A DNA stretch of 64,000 bases from Tubiluchus corallicola (taxonomy: Eukaryota; Animalia; Priapulida): NCBI GenBank assembly GCA_030141605.1, contig JAQGDQ010000132.1:252433-316432 (forward strand), in the 5' to 3' direction. The notes beneath the pieces are model-generated. The model was not told the DNA's origin, did no database searches, and saw only the letters and a program-made list of their open reading frames with translations. This document shows positions 39,921 through 52,600 of this stretch, piece after piece. The number at the start of each line of letters is the position of its first letter. Within the stretch, counting starts at the first letter, position 1. Position numbers and translations under genes: made by a program.

Positions 39921-42900
39921 TCATGATTTTGCATTGTCCTCAACATTTGTTGCAAGCGGTTCTGCAAATATATTCATCTCGGAATCGTCTGTCAACTCTG
40001 CACTAGCGTCCAAGTTTGCCAAGTCGGCCATCGTTTGCACTGCTTGCTCGCACTGTACAATAGTGCAGTCTTGATCTGACGTACAAATCTCCAGCAGCTT
40101 ACGTAAATAGGTGTTCTCTTGTTTCAGACGGTTGACAGTTTTCTGATTCGTGGTGACGGCAATGTCGTCCAGTTCGACAGCTTTGTGCATGACTGCACTT
40201 ATTTCTGTGATTTTCTCAGTTCGTTCTTCCAAATGCTAAAGAAAACAAAACTGATGATAATAACAGCAATAAAAACAGATGGGACAGGCGGGGCCTGACT
40301 GTGACCTTCTGGGGCCCCTAGAATAATGAAAAAATGTCCCCCTCATTCGTCTTGAATATTTTTTGTTCGTGCTATATTTTAGCGATACTTACATAGCTTG
40401 AAGTAAACTTGCTTCAAATTCGAGAGAGTTCTACTGAGATTCTCATCATTAAAAGAGGAAAAAATTTAATGCCCTTTATAGTCTCAAAGATTATAATATT
40501 TATTCAGCGTCTTTTGTCCAAGCGGGCCTCATCTTTTGGTACACCCTGTTTTAACATTTTATCTGTAATTTTCAGCTGATGAGGCCCGCTAGGATGAAAG
40601 CTTGTGAATAAATATTATAATCTTTGAGACTATAAAAGGCTTTACATTTTTTTCTCACTTAATGATGAGAATGATGAAAGGGTGTTACGTTTTTTCGCTT
40701 GTTGCTAATTCTTTAAATAGACCAGAATCTTTCGTTTGCCAATAAAAATATTATTTCAGAAATACTACTACTACTTATTGTAATTTTACTACTTATTACA
40801 AACCAAATTAGCACATACTTCAACTTACCTAGAAAAACCAGATTTTTTACCAAATGTTGCCAAAGCTTGAGGGGGCCCAAGGCTGCAGCCCATACTAGCT
40901 TATAAAATAATCCGTCATTTTTCGTTTCAATAAAACATAGTGGTTTAATTAACACAATAGTACTTATTAAATAACTTCTAGGGACTGTTTAATCACAATA
41001 TATTCCCGTTATGTTAAGGTTTTAATCACACTCATCCTATGACCATTACGTCTGTTACAAACATTGGGTAGGGCAGAATTCCAAAAAAATCTGCTCTCAA
41101 GACACAGCAGTTACATGTAACCACTAGATGCAGATATGTCAGAGGTTTGTCAGCACCATATTTGTTATAATACACTTAATCACACCTCTATGTGTACTTG
41201 CAAGCCAAAACCGTTCACAAGTTGGCAAAGTCAAAACTGTGTTATGATGCTTTAAAGTAGAATGCACCAAAAATAGGGTCAAACCATATTTTTTGTTTGT
41301 TTATTAAAACAAACGCTAAACGTATTTTACTTTATGTTCTAGCACCAAAATGTTGCGAAATTGTTTAGAAAATACTAAAAACTTAATTTTATAATTCTTA
41401 CTTCCCTGCCTAAAAATTACTATTGCATTTGTCAAAAACTCACAGTTTTAAACTCCGACAGTAGCCTGTGGAACTAGTTATTTTGTTTGCATTTTTTCCT
41501 ATTGCCAATCCAAGCTACCATTGTTCGGAAGGGCCATCTACAGGATTTAAATATAAGTTCAATGTGCTCTTGCAAAGTTCATAGTAATCACCTGTTTGTA
41601 CAACTTCCAAGTGTATTTGTAGAAGTGCAACAAAAAATAAAACGACAAACTTAACAGTAATTTCTCACTATTATGTTTTTCATTGTGCAGCCTGCACCTC
41701 AACTTCAATGTGGATTATCTCAGGTTAGAAATAACATACAGCAGTGAACTTGGTTTCAAAATGATCCTCATGAAATACAGATTCAGGATATGCAAACAAC
41801 AACAGAAAGCTTAACGGCCGACTTCTGGGCATTTTTGCTCACATATTGTTTATAACCACAGCATTTGCATATTACTAACAATTAATAAATTGCAGAATAT
41901 TATTGGAGTGCTACTGTTTGCAGACCTCATTAGAAATTTTTTATGCAAGTGCATAACAAGTGAAGAAAGTTATATCTATTGAAAACTGCAAAACATCCGA
42001 TGAGTTAAGGTTTTACCATGACTGCAGTATGAACTGCTGTTATGATGTAACCAATAACAGATTTTTGTATCGCCTGTTACATACTTCTGCAATATGATCT
42101 TTGTGCGGAAGTGGTGCCACCTTCATTTGATTTCCAGAAGCTAGTTTCATCATTTGTTCGCGGTACTTGTTCATAATCAGCTCCAACGCACTCTGGTGCT
42201 CCTCAAGAGCGATTCTCAATTCCTTGTTCTCTTGCTGAAGCTGTCGAATTTGTCGATTTTCAGCTTGTATGCCGAGGACCAGCGAGGCACGTGGGCGATG
42301 TCGCGCTGCCTCATTTAACTGGACCAGTTCCAGCTGATACTAAAATACAGAAATAAAACAAATTAATAGCTACATTAGTCAATTGCCTATTTTTGCAACT
42401 GGTGACGACTTTTTTCCAGTAGTTTCTAAAACCTGTATGCCGAATTAATTAAATCACTCAAACTATTGATAAGTTTTTGATTCTAGATCTTCTAAAGTGA
42501 ATTAGAAACACTAGCTAAGAACAACTTTAAAGTTTTAGTCTTTTGAAAGTAATTAACTAAATTTCATTCATTTGTTGCACAAATATGAGAGAAAAACTCA
42601 TTGTGGACACCAGTCTGACTAAAAATGATGGCTATGATATGGCTAGGTCATAGGGCTATGAAAAACACGATACGTCTAGGTCACGAATTCATGATATGAT
42701 ACATGTCGCAATACACCTGATTTAACGTTTGCAGGTTTTACAAAAAAAAACTAGATGAGGCCATTGATAATAAATGCTAAACATATTTTATCAGTCAACA
42801 TATTTTAGCAGTTTTAGGATTACTAAATGCTAAAATGACTCGACAAACTGTTTTATTCTAGTGTAATGTAATGTTGTGTAATGTGTAATTGTTTGTATCA

Positions 42901-43668
42901 AGAAAAAGCCACAAAAACAAAACATATCAATACTTTAGATTTAAAAATCGCTTGAGCATTTTCCAGTTCATGTTTATCATTTCACAAGCTTATGTGTAAC
43001 ATAAGTAGCCTACTACAGACTGCTAAACACTGTGTTTTCAAACGCTTTGGCTACTAGCAGTACCTGTGTCAAGTCATGTACTTCAATGTGATTGATACGT
43101 ATCAACATTACACTCTACAGCTGGAGCTTGAATTACTTCACATCGCTTTTATCAGTTTACAGTCAAGAAGTAGTAATTTGCTAAATACCACTGACTCAGA
43201 TTATCACGACACGGGCTCATTTTCGCAATACACATATCATAAAAGATATCACAGTGCAACGATACATCGATGTATACAGGCCTACTAAAAATAATATAAT
43301 ACAAAACGGAAAATGGCAGCTTATAAATATTAACCGAATGTTTTCATAATTATATCAAATGTAAACATAGACAGACACTAATGCACACAGTTGATATAAT
43401 GAAAAAATGTCATGAGATAGGACTAGCAAATTTTGTTTGAGCTTGCCTTTTCAGTTGAGTAGCAGTTTCGATTGCTCACCTTGATATAAAAAGGTCAACG
43501 CACTGAAATGAACTGAGGTAAACTGCAACCTACCCTTCTCATAGTCTCCACTTTGCAGGCCATGTGAGAAGCTTGTGCGATAAGAGCATCTGCGTTCGTG
43601 TTATGTTCCCGTAAACGCTCCACCAAGTGTCGCGCATCCGACAATACTTGTTGAATAGAGCAAGCCAT
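39921..43668 (-). CDS. FGFR1OP2: FGFR1 oncogene partner 2 / SIKE family coiled-coil protein
   Basis: Exons 43668-43534, 42339-42085 and 40235-39921 give 705 nt = 234 aa. Translation: MACSIQQVLSDARHLVERLREHN...ARHRPRASLVLGIQAENRQIRQLQQENKELRIALEEHQSALELIMNKYREQM...KITEISAVMHKAVELDD. Confidence 0.95.
40285..40915. mobile_element. Non-autonomous DNA-transposon-like element (GGGGCCC-type ends) with an internal foldback
   Basis: ggggcccc occurs near the left end and gggggcccaaggc...aatccg near the right end. A long inverted repeat lies inside. Confidence 0.45.
40440..40671. repeat. ~94-bp imperfect inverted repeat with ~44-bp spacer
   Basis: 40440-40533 (ttctcatcattaa...tttatagtctcaaagattataatatttattca...gcgggcctcatc) is the reverse complement of 40578-40671. 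Confidence 0.9.
42650..43285. mobile_element. MITE-like element (tagggct...aggccta ends, CGATA-rich subtermini)
   Basis: Left end tagggctatg...cacgatac...gatac; right end gatatc...cgatacatcgatgtatacaggccta. Confidence 0.45.
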
Positions 43669-44862
43669 TGATTATGATACCAACTGTAATTATAAAAAAA
43701 TATTTTAAATTATTGTGTCATAAAAGCATTAAAATTGTTATTAAAATGATAGCGCTGAACATAATGTGAAAGCTTAACACCTTTTTGCTGACAATTTTAA
43801 TTTAAAGAGGAGGGATTTTAAAGTAGGTCTCAAAAAACTTGCCATACAAAGTTATATTACTTGCTGTTCAAATGGCTGTGCTTAACAGTCACTTACAAGT
43901 TTACTGTTAACGCAACCCCTGTATCTAATAAGACAGCACTTAAGTGATACAAAATTTCAAGCTGTACTGAATTCTCCCCTTTCAAACAGCCTTAGGCACA
44001 TTCCTCACACTGACAATACGGTAAATATAAATGTCACAAATTGTTATTGGACTCTACCTTGTGTATTATTATGTGTTGCTCTACCTTGCATTAATATTAG
44101 CACACACTATACCACACTAAATTAACTTTTGGTTTACAAATTACGTTCTTTTTGTTTTACAAGCTCTGCTACTAATCCCTTCCTTGCTACCTCAGCTTTC
44201 TCAGTGACTTCACTCACAAAACATTTTCTTTAGACAGAAATTTTGTTTTCACATTGTATCATATCACTCAATATATTTGTCACATCACCTAAACTGCAAG
44301 TAGCCCAGTCTTCCCTAAACTTCTTTTATGGTAGCTGACTCGATAACGTGTGACGTTTCCCTCTATTCGCATAAGTTCATGTGTGCATTTATGAATGAAT
44401 GAATAAAACGATGATCGGATTTATTATATGACCTTACAAAATTTGCTTATCTAAACAAAGATGATATAATACCAGACAATAACAGAATAAAAACAATTAA
44501 CAAACTGAGTTATAGAGTTATAATTCTATGATTTTCTCGCTTAACTCCCACGTCCTGACGCTATAGCTACAAATAACAATAACAAAAGTCACAGGCCAAA
44601 CAATCTGCTTACAGGGTTCTGAGTCTGGAGTTTTTTGCTGTTGTATATATGGGATTAGAGTAATTCCAGTAAACTGATTTTAATAATAACTCGCTTTAAT
44701 AAAAATATTCAGAATTAGAATAATTACGTTCTCGGTATCACTTAGAAGCCTAATATTTAATCATAAAACAAAAAACAAAGTACAATAATTAGTTATTTAC
44801 TAACAAATTTGCCAAAATTTCACTGTAATTTACATCAACTGTTAACGCTACCGTCCTCCGTC

Positions 44863-45125
44863 TGGCAACATGCAAAATCTTTGTTTGGGCCAGTTTTCCT
44901 CAGTTTGCTGCTGTTCTGTGCTGGCACTGGCAGTTCATATATATCATAAAAATGTGTAAATACTAGTCTACTAATAATAATTATTTGGAAAGCCGTTTGG
45001 CAACATGCAAAATTTTCAAGTTGTTTTAGCCAGTATTCCTCAGTTTGTCACTGTTCTGTGCTACCAGTTCATGGATATCATAAAAATGGATAAATACTAG
45101 TCTACTATAATAATTATTTGGAAAA
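44863..45125. repeat. Tandem duplication (~130 bp, 2 copies)
   Basis: tggcaacatgcaaaat...cctcagtttg...taaatactagtctacta...taattatttggaaa occurs at ~44863-44991 and ~44998-45125. Confidence 0.85.
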
Positions 45126-46299
45126 CTTATAAGCCAATGTTTTACGTTATTTTAATGAAAAACTACAAGCAGTTATAAAAATGAACACTAGATATCTCTT
45201 CGAGTTACGTAAGGATCGTATTTTTTTCCTTTTTATCACGTTTTTCTATCCCTTGAGTCATCACTCATTAGGGACGTATAACAGAAACAGCAAGTTCGTA
45301 ATAATTTTGCTGTATATTTGTAGCGCAATTTATATTAATGCTATCATGAAATGTATGCACTCGACTTATTTTTAGGAAAATTAAAATATCTGGTAAACCA
45401 TTGCGCTGGTTCAAAGCATCCACTGGTAAAAAACATGTTCTTGTATGCTGCTTATGTGTATACAGCTTCTCAGACTGACCATAAGTCGACTATAAGCCTG
45501 GATTAGTTTATCACAAGAAAGCAGATTAAGTCCTATAAAATATACCTCGAATTTTGCTAGCTATTGTGTACACTCCAATAAAAGTCGTGCACGTTTACAT
45601 AATTTGCTTTTGAGTACTTGGCCACCTAGGTAACTACATCATTGCAGCCCAGATGGAAAAACATCTGCCAGTAGCAATGGACTCATCCAGTCGTTCCAAT
45701 TAGCCAAGAAGGGAAAGACTATATGTGACTTGATGACAGTGGTCACTGAAATTGAGTTACATGTCCCGTTGCATAGCTCTTCATTTGTGACAAGGTAAAT
45801 CAAGTGGATGCGAAATATGGCATACAGGCACTTTGTAAGAAACGGTTCAGGCATCTAGCAGAAAGATCAACACAATTACCTGCCATAAAGCAGAACTGAC
45901 ATCACACAAACGTCCAGCCAGTAGATGCATGGAGTTTAGCTGTCAGGCAGACATCACTGATGGAGTATAGACCTTTACGAAGTAGCGAAGGAGCTCCTCG
46001 CCAGCTAGATCAGCTCCTATCTCGGATTTCGACGAGCAATCAGAAGTGATATTCGTACCTCCAAAAGTGAAATCATACACAGATGAAAGAAGCTGGAAGT
46101 AGCATCATGTCCGACAAGAACTGGACCACATCATCTGTGAAACAATGATCGGTGAAGTGATGGTGACAGTGCCAAAATGAGGAAATGGGCAGGGGTCATG
46201 CTAATTCACTAGTCAATGGCAAGGTTCACTATCACCATTCTCATTCACTATTACCAAAAGCAGGTAAAAAGCAAGCACCTAATTTTGGCTGTAGTACTT

Positions 46300-46830
46300 A
46301 TTAAACAGGATCTTTGATTATCTACTTTCACAAGTTAGTACAAGTTAGGCTGCACAGTCTATATCAACTGAAAAGAAATACCACCAAGTTAGTTAAACTT
46401 GCAAGATTCTAATTGGATTCTAGCTAAGATACTCTGTTCATCAACTGTTATTAGACATGTCAAAAGCTTTTGATACTGCTAAAAGTAAGACCTGGCACAG
46501 GTGATGAAATCCAGAAAATTTGAAGTAGAAGTTATATGCAATACTGTAATTACATAGTATGTATGACAAACACATACTGCAAGAGGACTGCCTCAGTTCC
46601 ATTTCATTTACTTTCTTACTTTTATCTGGGGGAGATCATTATAAGCAATCTGCTCACTAGCAAAACCACAACTATGTTAAATGATAATAATATAGATTCA
46701 GACAGCACACTCGTGCTACAACTAAAGGATGACAATTACTTTGCGAAGATGGAATCTTCTGCTGTCATCGACATGCAATACAATGATAACATGTTTTCTT
46801 GACGAAAAACAAAGAAGTGATTGAAACCAA
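46300..46830 (+). mobile_element. Highly decayed reverse-transcriptase (LINE) remnant
   Basis: ctgttattagacatgtcaaaagcttttgatact translates as LLLDMSKAFDT, the RT motif D-x-x-K-A-F-D. Confidence 0.5.
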
Positions 46831-46859
46831 TAAATGAGCAGCAATGCCAGCAATGGTTA

Positions 46860-47210
46860 AGAAAGTCGAAGCAGAATTGTATCGAAGGAAGCACCAGAGG
46901 GCACACCTTGTCCAGCTGGAAAGATTCTATGTCTTTATTAAGGCGAATACTAGCTTTCTCGTGGATGAAGCGCTTTCTAGCATGATCTGGGTCACTGAAA
47001 CAACCAGAGGGCGCACGAAAGTCAAGATGGAGAAAGACGTTATCGCGATCAACTATAAGCAAGTAAGCAAGTGGAGAAGAATAGAGCCTTGATTGTCTCC
47101 ATGAGGACGTGTGTGACAAATGTGGCTGGGATAGAGAGGATTGTGATGAGACGGTACGCGTACATTTGTTTCGTAAATCAAGATGATAAAACCATCCTTC
47201 CAATTATAAG
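46860..47210 (-). mobile_element. Penelope-like element GIY-YIG C-terminal remnant
   Basis: The minus-strand ORF contains ...RKRFIHEKASIRLNKDIESFQLDKV, resembling the R..E..I....LN.D end of PLE endonucleases. Confidence 0.4.
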
Positions 47211-49635
47211 AACAGAGTGAAAAGACCGAATCAATCCATAAATGTAAAAAAGACCCAGTGAAACAATTTTGGAGGCCATCTTATATCAGCAGTAATCCCA
47301 GGAGCCCGAGCCAAGGGAAACTGATTTATGGCGGTAATTACTTCACCTGGAGATGTTGGCTCGGTGTAGATTTAGGATTTTTGCTACCTCGCTTGATCGC
47401 GACTTCTTGACCAGGCAGAAGGATAAAAGTTAGTCTTGTTGCAAAATCAGCATACGTCGCTGAAACGTGTAAATGTACAAAAAATGAACGAATTGATTAC
47501 CACGTGAATGGATAAGTAAAGGTCTGTGTGAAAGAAATTATGACTTAAGAGAAGAGAAATAAATTGAAAAATCGCTTAAAAGTTTGATCTGGTTAGCGGT
47601 TACCGTATCACCCGATAAAAAATAATTTAGGTTCACGCTAGGGCTGCTCGAATTAAGATTTGCCCGTACCGAATCTCGCTTGAGCCGACGTTTCAGAATT
47701 GAGACGTCCCTTTACTGGTAAAACTGTGCAAACATTTTATATTCAAAACAGAGTAGCTGATGTCGTTTATTTCCTATTGTAGCAGTTTGGTATTCTTTTA
47801 AAATATATATTTTTGCGTAATAACTAGAGTAAGGCTGAGAAGTCCTGGTCAATTCTGCATCCTATTTCGTGTGTAATCCGACCAAGTCCTGAAGACACAA
47901 CTAATAGAACGTTTTTCAACAGCATTTCTATGCTTTGCTCAAAGTTTTTCATCCTATCTAATTGTGAGAATATAAGTTTTTAATAGGAAGCAATGACTGT
48001 TTGTTTAACAGTAAAACTGCATAATAGCTACAGCTTGTTCTGTATCTAATAGCTATTCATAAGGAAAATGAATTATACTAACGATAACTTAATGATGTTT
48101 GATGATGATGACGAATGAAACAATATATATTAGTAATTTTTATAAATAAGTGAATAAATAAACACTAAATATAAATGTAAGTGAAAACGTTATTTGTTTA
48201 TTTAATAATTAATGTATGTGTGGGTAACGTACATCACATTCGGTAGTGCTATAATTGCTGTGTAGTGTGTCGTTGTTTGTCTACATTGCGTCGTAAGTTG
48301 TATAATTTGTATTTATAATTGGTAGTTTTTAGCCGAATTGTTGTGTATTACATTGTTGTCTTTTATTATTGTATAATTGTTATGCACAATACATTAAATA
48401 TCAAATATAAATGCTGAACGTTGAACATCGAGTTCAAACTCCGTGCTAGTTAAATTCGCAACTGTAAACACGACGAAAAATCTCTTTATCGAGATTTTGA
48501 ACATTTTAATTCACACGTTGTCGATTCAATTTAAACGTCGTTAAACATTTCAACGCCTAGATGTTATTGCTCGAAATCCGAACATGCAAAAACAGTACGA
48601 GGCACTGTTGCGTAATTCGACAAGGCCTTTTTGCAAATGTCAGAGCAAACTCTGACCAAATTTCTCACGTGAAATATCGAGCACTCTGGTTTTTATCGAA
48701 GCCTGCAATCTTCTGCCGATGGACATGTGGACATTTTGGACGTGAGTAAGAATTGCCACCGTCTGCTGGCGTTTGCGAATGCGCGGACTATTAAAAGATA
48801 CCGCCAATGTATTTCCTCTGTTGGCAGTAGGATATAAGTCATTGCATAAACAGTCCAGAGGCGCAATGGGGCATTAGTGGCACAACAACAGGAACTACTA
48901 TTATAACTGCCCACATGGTTGCAAATTTTCATTTACAAATCGACTCATAACATTGCCGAATTTAAAGGCGCCGTTCAGTATTTTCATAACCTCGTGGCTA
49001 CATTCAAACAATCCCAGCATTGGTCGCTCATCCCCACTCTGGCGTACACCAGCCCTACAAAAATCAGACAGCGCAAGCTCCGTTGTACAAAAGAGAGAAA
49101 ACTAGCTCAATTAGTGCAGAGTGGAAAACTGATCAGGTTGTGCCCGGTGTGGAAAAACACAAACTTCTGCAATGCATCATTCTTGTTGGTCGTTTAAATT
49201 TTTGTGGGAAAACATTTTTGAAATTCGCACACCTCTGAGATAGTGCAGGCGTTGCAAGACCCACTTCCACTGTTGCTGATGCCACTCGAGAGTCAGAAAG
49301 AGTTCAGACATCTATTATTTTGTGATATAATCGATTGTATGCAAACTAAAATTTGGCAAAAACTGTTTCGTGGTATTGAGCAATTCTCTATATTTTGATT
49401 CCATAATTTATAAAGCAATGACGCGCGAGGTAACCTAGCTTCTGTAGTGGTTCAGGAAAAAGGCGCTAATTCTAGCAAGATGTTGTTGTTGACAAACTGA
49501 CTTTGTTGTTATCATTGTTTTGCAAAATTGAAATCAAGTTGTGATGGTTTTTTTCTCGTTAAATTAGTACCAGGTAAAGCAAACAGATTATATGATTGAT
49601 GTAAAGGTTTAATGCCATAATGAAACAACCTGACA

Positions 49636-52600
49636 ATGCCCGATGAAAAGACTAAAGACATTTACAACGGAGAAGTGCTGATGGCCGCACAGGAGCGACC
49701 TCTTGTGTCTGCGGGAGAAAATCCGGCGACACCCAATTACGAGCACGATGGAGGAGAGAGAGAAACTTGGGGAAAGAAAGTAGATTTTCTTTTATCAGTT
49801 ATTGGTTTTGCCGTTGATTTAGGGAATGTCTGGAGGTTTCCTTATATTTGTTACAGAAACGGCGGAGGTGAGTAAGTCATAATTTGCTGAGAATTAAAAT
49901 TTTTGAGCAGTAGATTTTTGCACCACCTTTTCTTTTTATTTCACACTAACCCTTTTTGTATAAAACAATCATAAAAATAACCCAAGATGTGAAAAAGCGA
50001 ACATAACATAGACTAAAAATTTCCATGCGAAAAATCACCAATGTTAGTCGCACGGACGTTTTCACGTCCAAATTATTCATTATACTAATTAACCATCTTG
50101 AAGTCAACGTTTTGTTAAGTGGTGAATTTTACACACCACTATGTGTACCATCTAATGGTTAAAATGGTACACGTGTATACGGCAACTTTGTAAAGATTGA
50201 AAAAGAAAATAAACTGTAATAATTTTTAAAGATCAGATTACTAGAAAAGTGATTGAAAAAATTCTAAAATTTTACAAAAATAAAAAATATACTAAAAATA
50301 GAAATAAAATAAACGAGTTAATTAAAAATAAAAATAAAAATTTTGTTGTAAATTTTTATCATGAAATGAACTAACACATTTTTTAATTAAAAATGGTTAG
50401 AATTTTAAACGCATTTCAAAATCATAGCATAGTGTTAACTTAACAGCACTTAATAAAGAACGTGTACTAAATATAGTGTTAACTTAACAGCACTTAACAA
50501 ACAACACGTACTAAATATAGTGCTAATTAACTTAATAATTCCTAAGAAAGAATATGTACTAAATATAGTGCGAACTTAACAGCACTTACTAAAGAACGTG
50601 TACTAAATATAGTGCTAACTTAACAGCACTTAATAAAGAACGTGTACTAAATATAGTGTTAACTTAACAGCACTTAACAAACAACACGTACTAAATATAG
50701 TGCTAGTTAACTTAATAATTCCTAAGAAAGAACATGTACTAAATATAGTGCGAACTTAACAGCACTTACTAAAGAACGTGTACTAAATATAGTGCTAACT
50801 TAACAGCACTTACTAAAGAACGTGTACTAAATATAGTGCTAACTTAACAGGACTTAATAAAGAACGTGTACTAAATATAGTGTTAACTTAACAGCACTTA
50901 ACAAACAACACGTACTAAATATAGTGCTAGTTAACTTAATAATTCCTAAGAAAGAACATGTACTAAATATAGTGCGAACTTAACAGCACTTACTAAAGAA
51001 CGTGTACTAAATATAGTGCTAACTTAACAGCACTTAATAAAGAACGTGTACTAAATATAGTGCTAACTTAACAGCACTTAATAAAGGACGTGTACTAAAT
51101 ATAGTGTTAACTTAACAGCACTTAACAAACAACACGTACTAAATATAGTGCTAGTTAACTTAATAATTCCTAAGAAAGAACATGTACTAAATATAGTGCG
51201 AACTTAACAGCACTTACTAAAGAACGTGTACTAAATATAGTGCTAACTTAACAGCACTTAATAAAGAACGTGTACTAAATATAGTGCTAACTTAACAGCA
51301 CTTACTAAAGAACGTGTACTAAATATAGTGCTAACTTAACAGCACTTAATAAAGAACGTGTACTAAATCAAAGAAATAACAGCATTACACAAAACAACAG
51401 TTAAACGGTATTTAGTTTAAGTGAGCCAATTTGTTACCTATTAAATTCAACTTCAGCTTATACGCAAAAATGTGTCTACTAAATACAAGTGTCTACTTTT
51501 AATGTTGATGCCCATTGTGCTGCCCAGATGAAATCTTCCTGTCCGTCATCCATACATTTGGTAAACAGGCCTAATATTCCGTAACTTCGTTAAGTGCAGG
51601 CGTGCTCATTCAGCTGTTTATCTCGAGGGTATGAGGGAAAGGGAAACTTTTTTATACAAGGACAATTCTCTATTAAAGTATTCCACAGATAAGACGGTCG
51701 GGAGAAGCACTGGATGAAATTTTTTTGGAAAAGTAGGGTCAAAAAAGCTTAAAGTACCAGCAGGGTTGACACAAATAAAATATCAAATGAGTTATTTTAA
51801 CAGATTAGGGCTTCCAGCACGGACGGAGGTTGATTTGTAAAGATAGAGCTTAATATCATTAATTTGGTAATTCTGAGCAGGACAGACTGAAGCATACCAC
51901 TTTTTCGACATGTTCTAAGTCTCTTAAATCCTTCCTGCGTCCGGAACGCAAATCAAGACCAAACCAACCAGAATGAACACAAGATTTGTGTTATTCAGAG
52001 TTATTCAACGATAGTGAAAAAAATACAAGCTCAAAGTTGTTTTGTATTGAACGTGACAAACCAATATTGGCCAAATGTATGTTCTTCAAATGTACTTTAC
52101 AAACCCATCTACACAAGCAAAACAGTGTAATTACTTGGCTATTTGTAAAATCGAACGGATTCTGCTGACTGCTGTTGTGTGTTGTCAAAAAACGTCAACA
52201 ACCTGTGATGTTTATATAACTCATTTCACCTCTGCTAAATGGATCACTGCTACCAAGACGATACGAAGAATAAAATTTATGAATGGCACAGGTTTTATAC
52301 AGACTTCCGTTATTCTAACGGAAATAAACAAGACGGCTTATTGTCCTCTATTCTCTTATTACATGCTCAGCTGTATCACTGAATAAGTGCAGATATTCTC
52401 AGCAAATCTATTCACTTTATATTCATTTTCGTTTTGCTATCTATTCACTTTTACTTAACTATTAAAGCTAGTTTAACCTTTCAACAAGAAAAAAGAATTA
52501 AGTAGAAGTTCTCCCTGCGTTACTTTCTTTAAATAATAGTGATAATTTTCATATTATTGTTTTTTATAACTAGTCATATACTTGTATTTCAAATTTATAT

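Noticed and set aside
50429-51368. CRISPR-like array of palindromic repeats
   Set aside because: There are no unique spacers (monomers are contiguous and themselves repeated), no cas genes, and the context is a eukaryotic intron.
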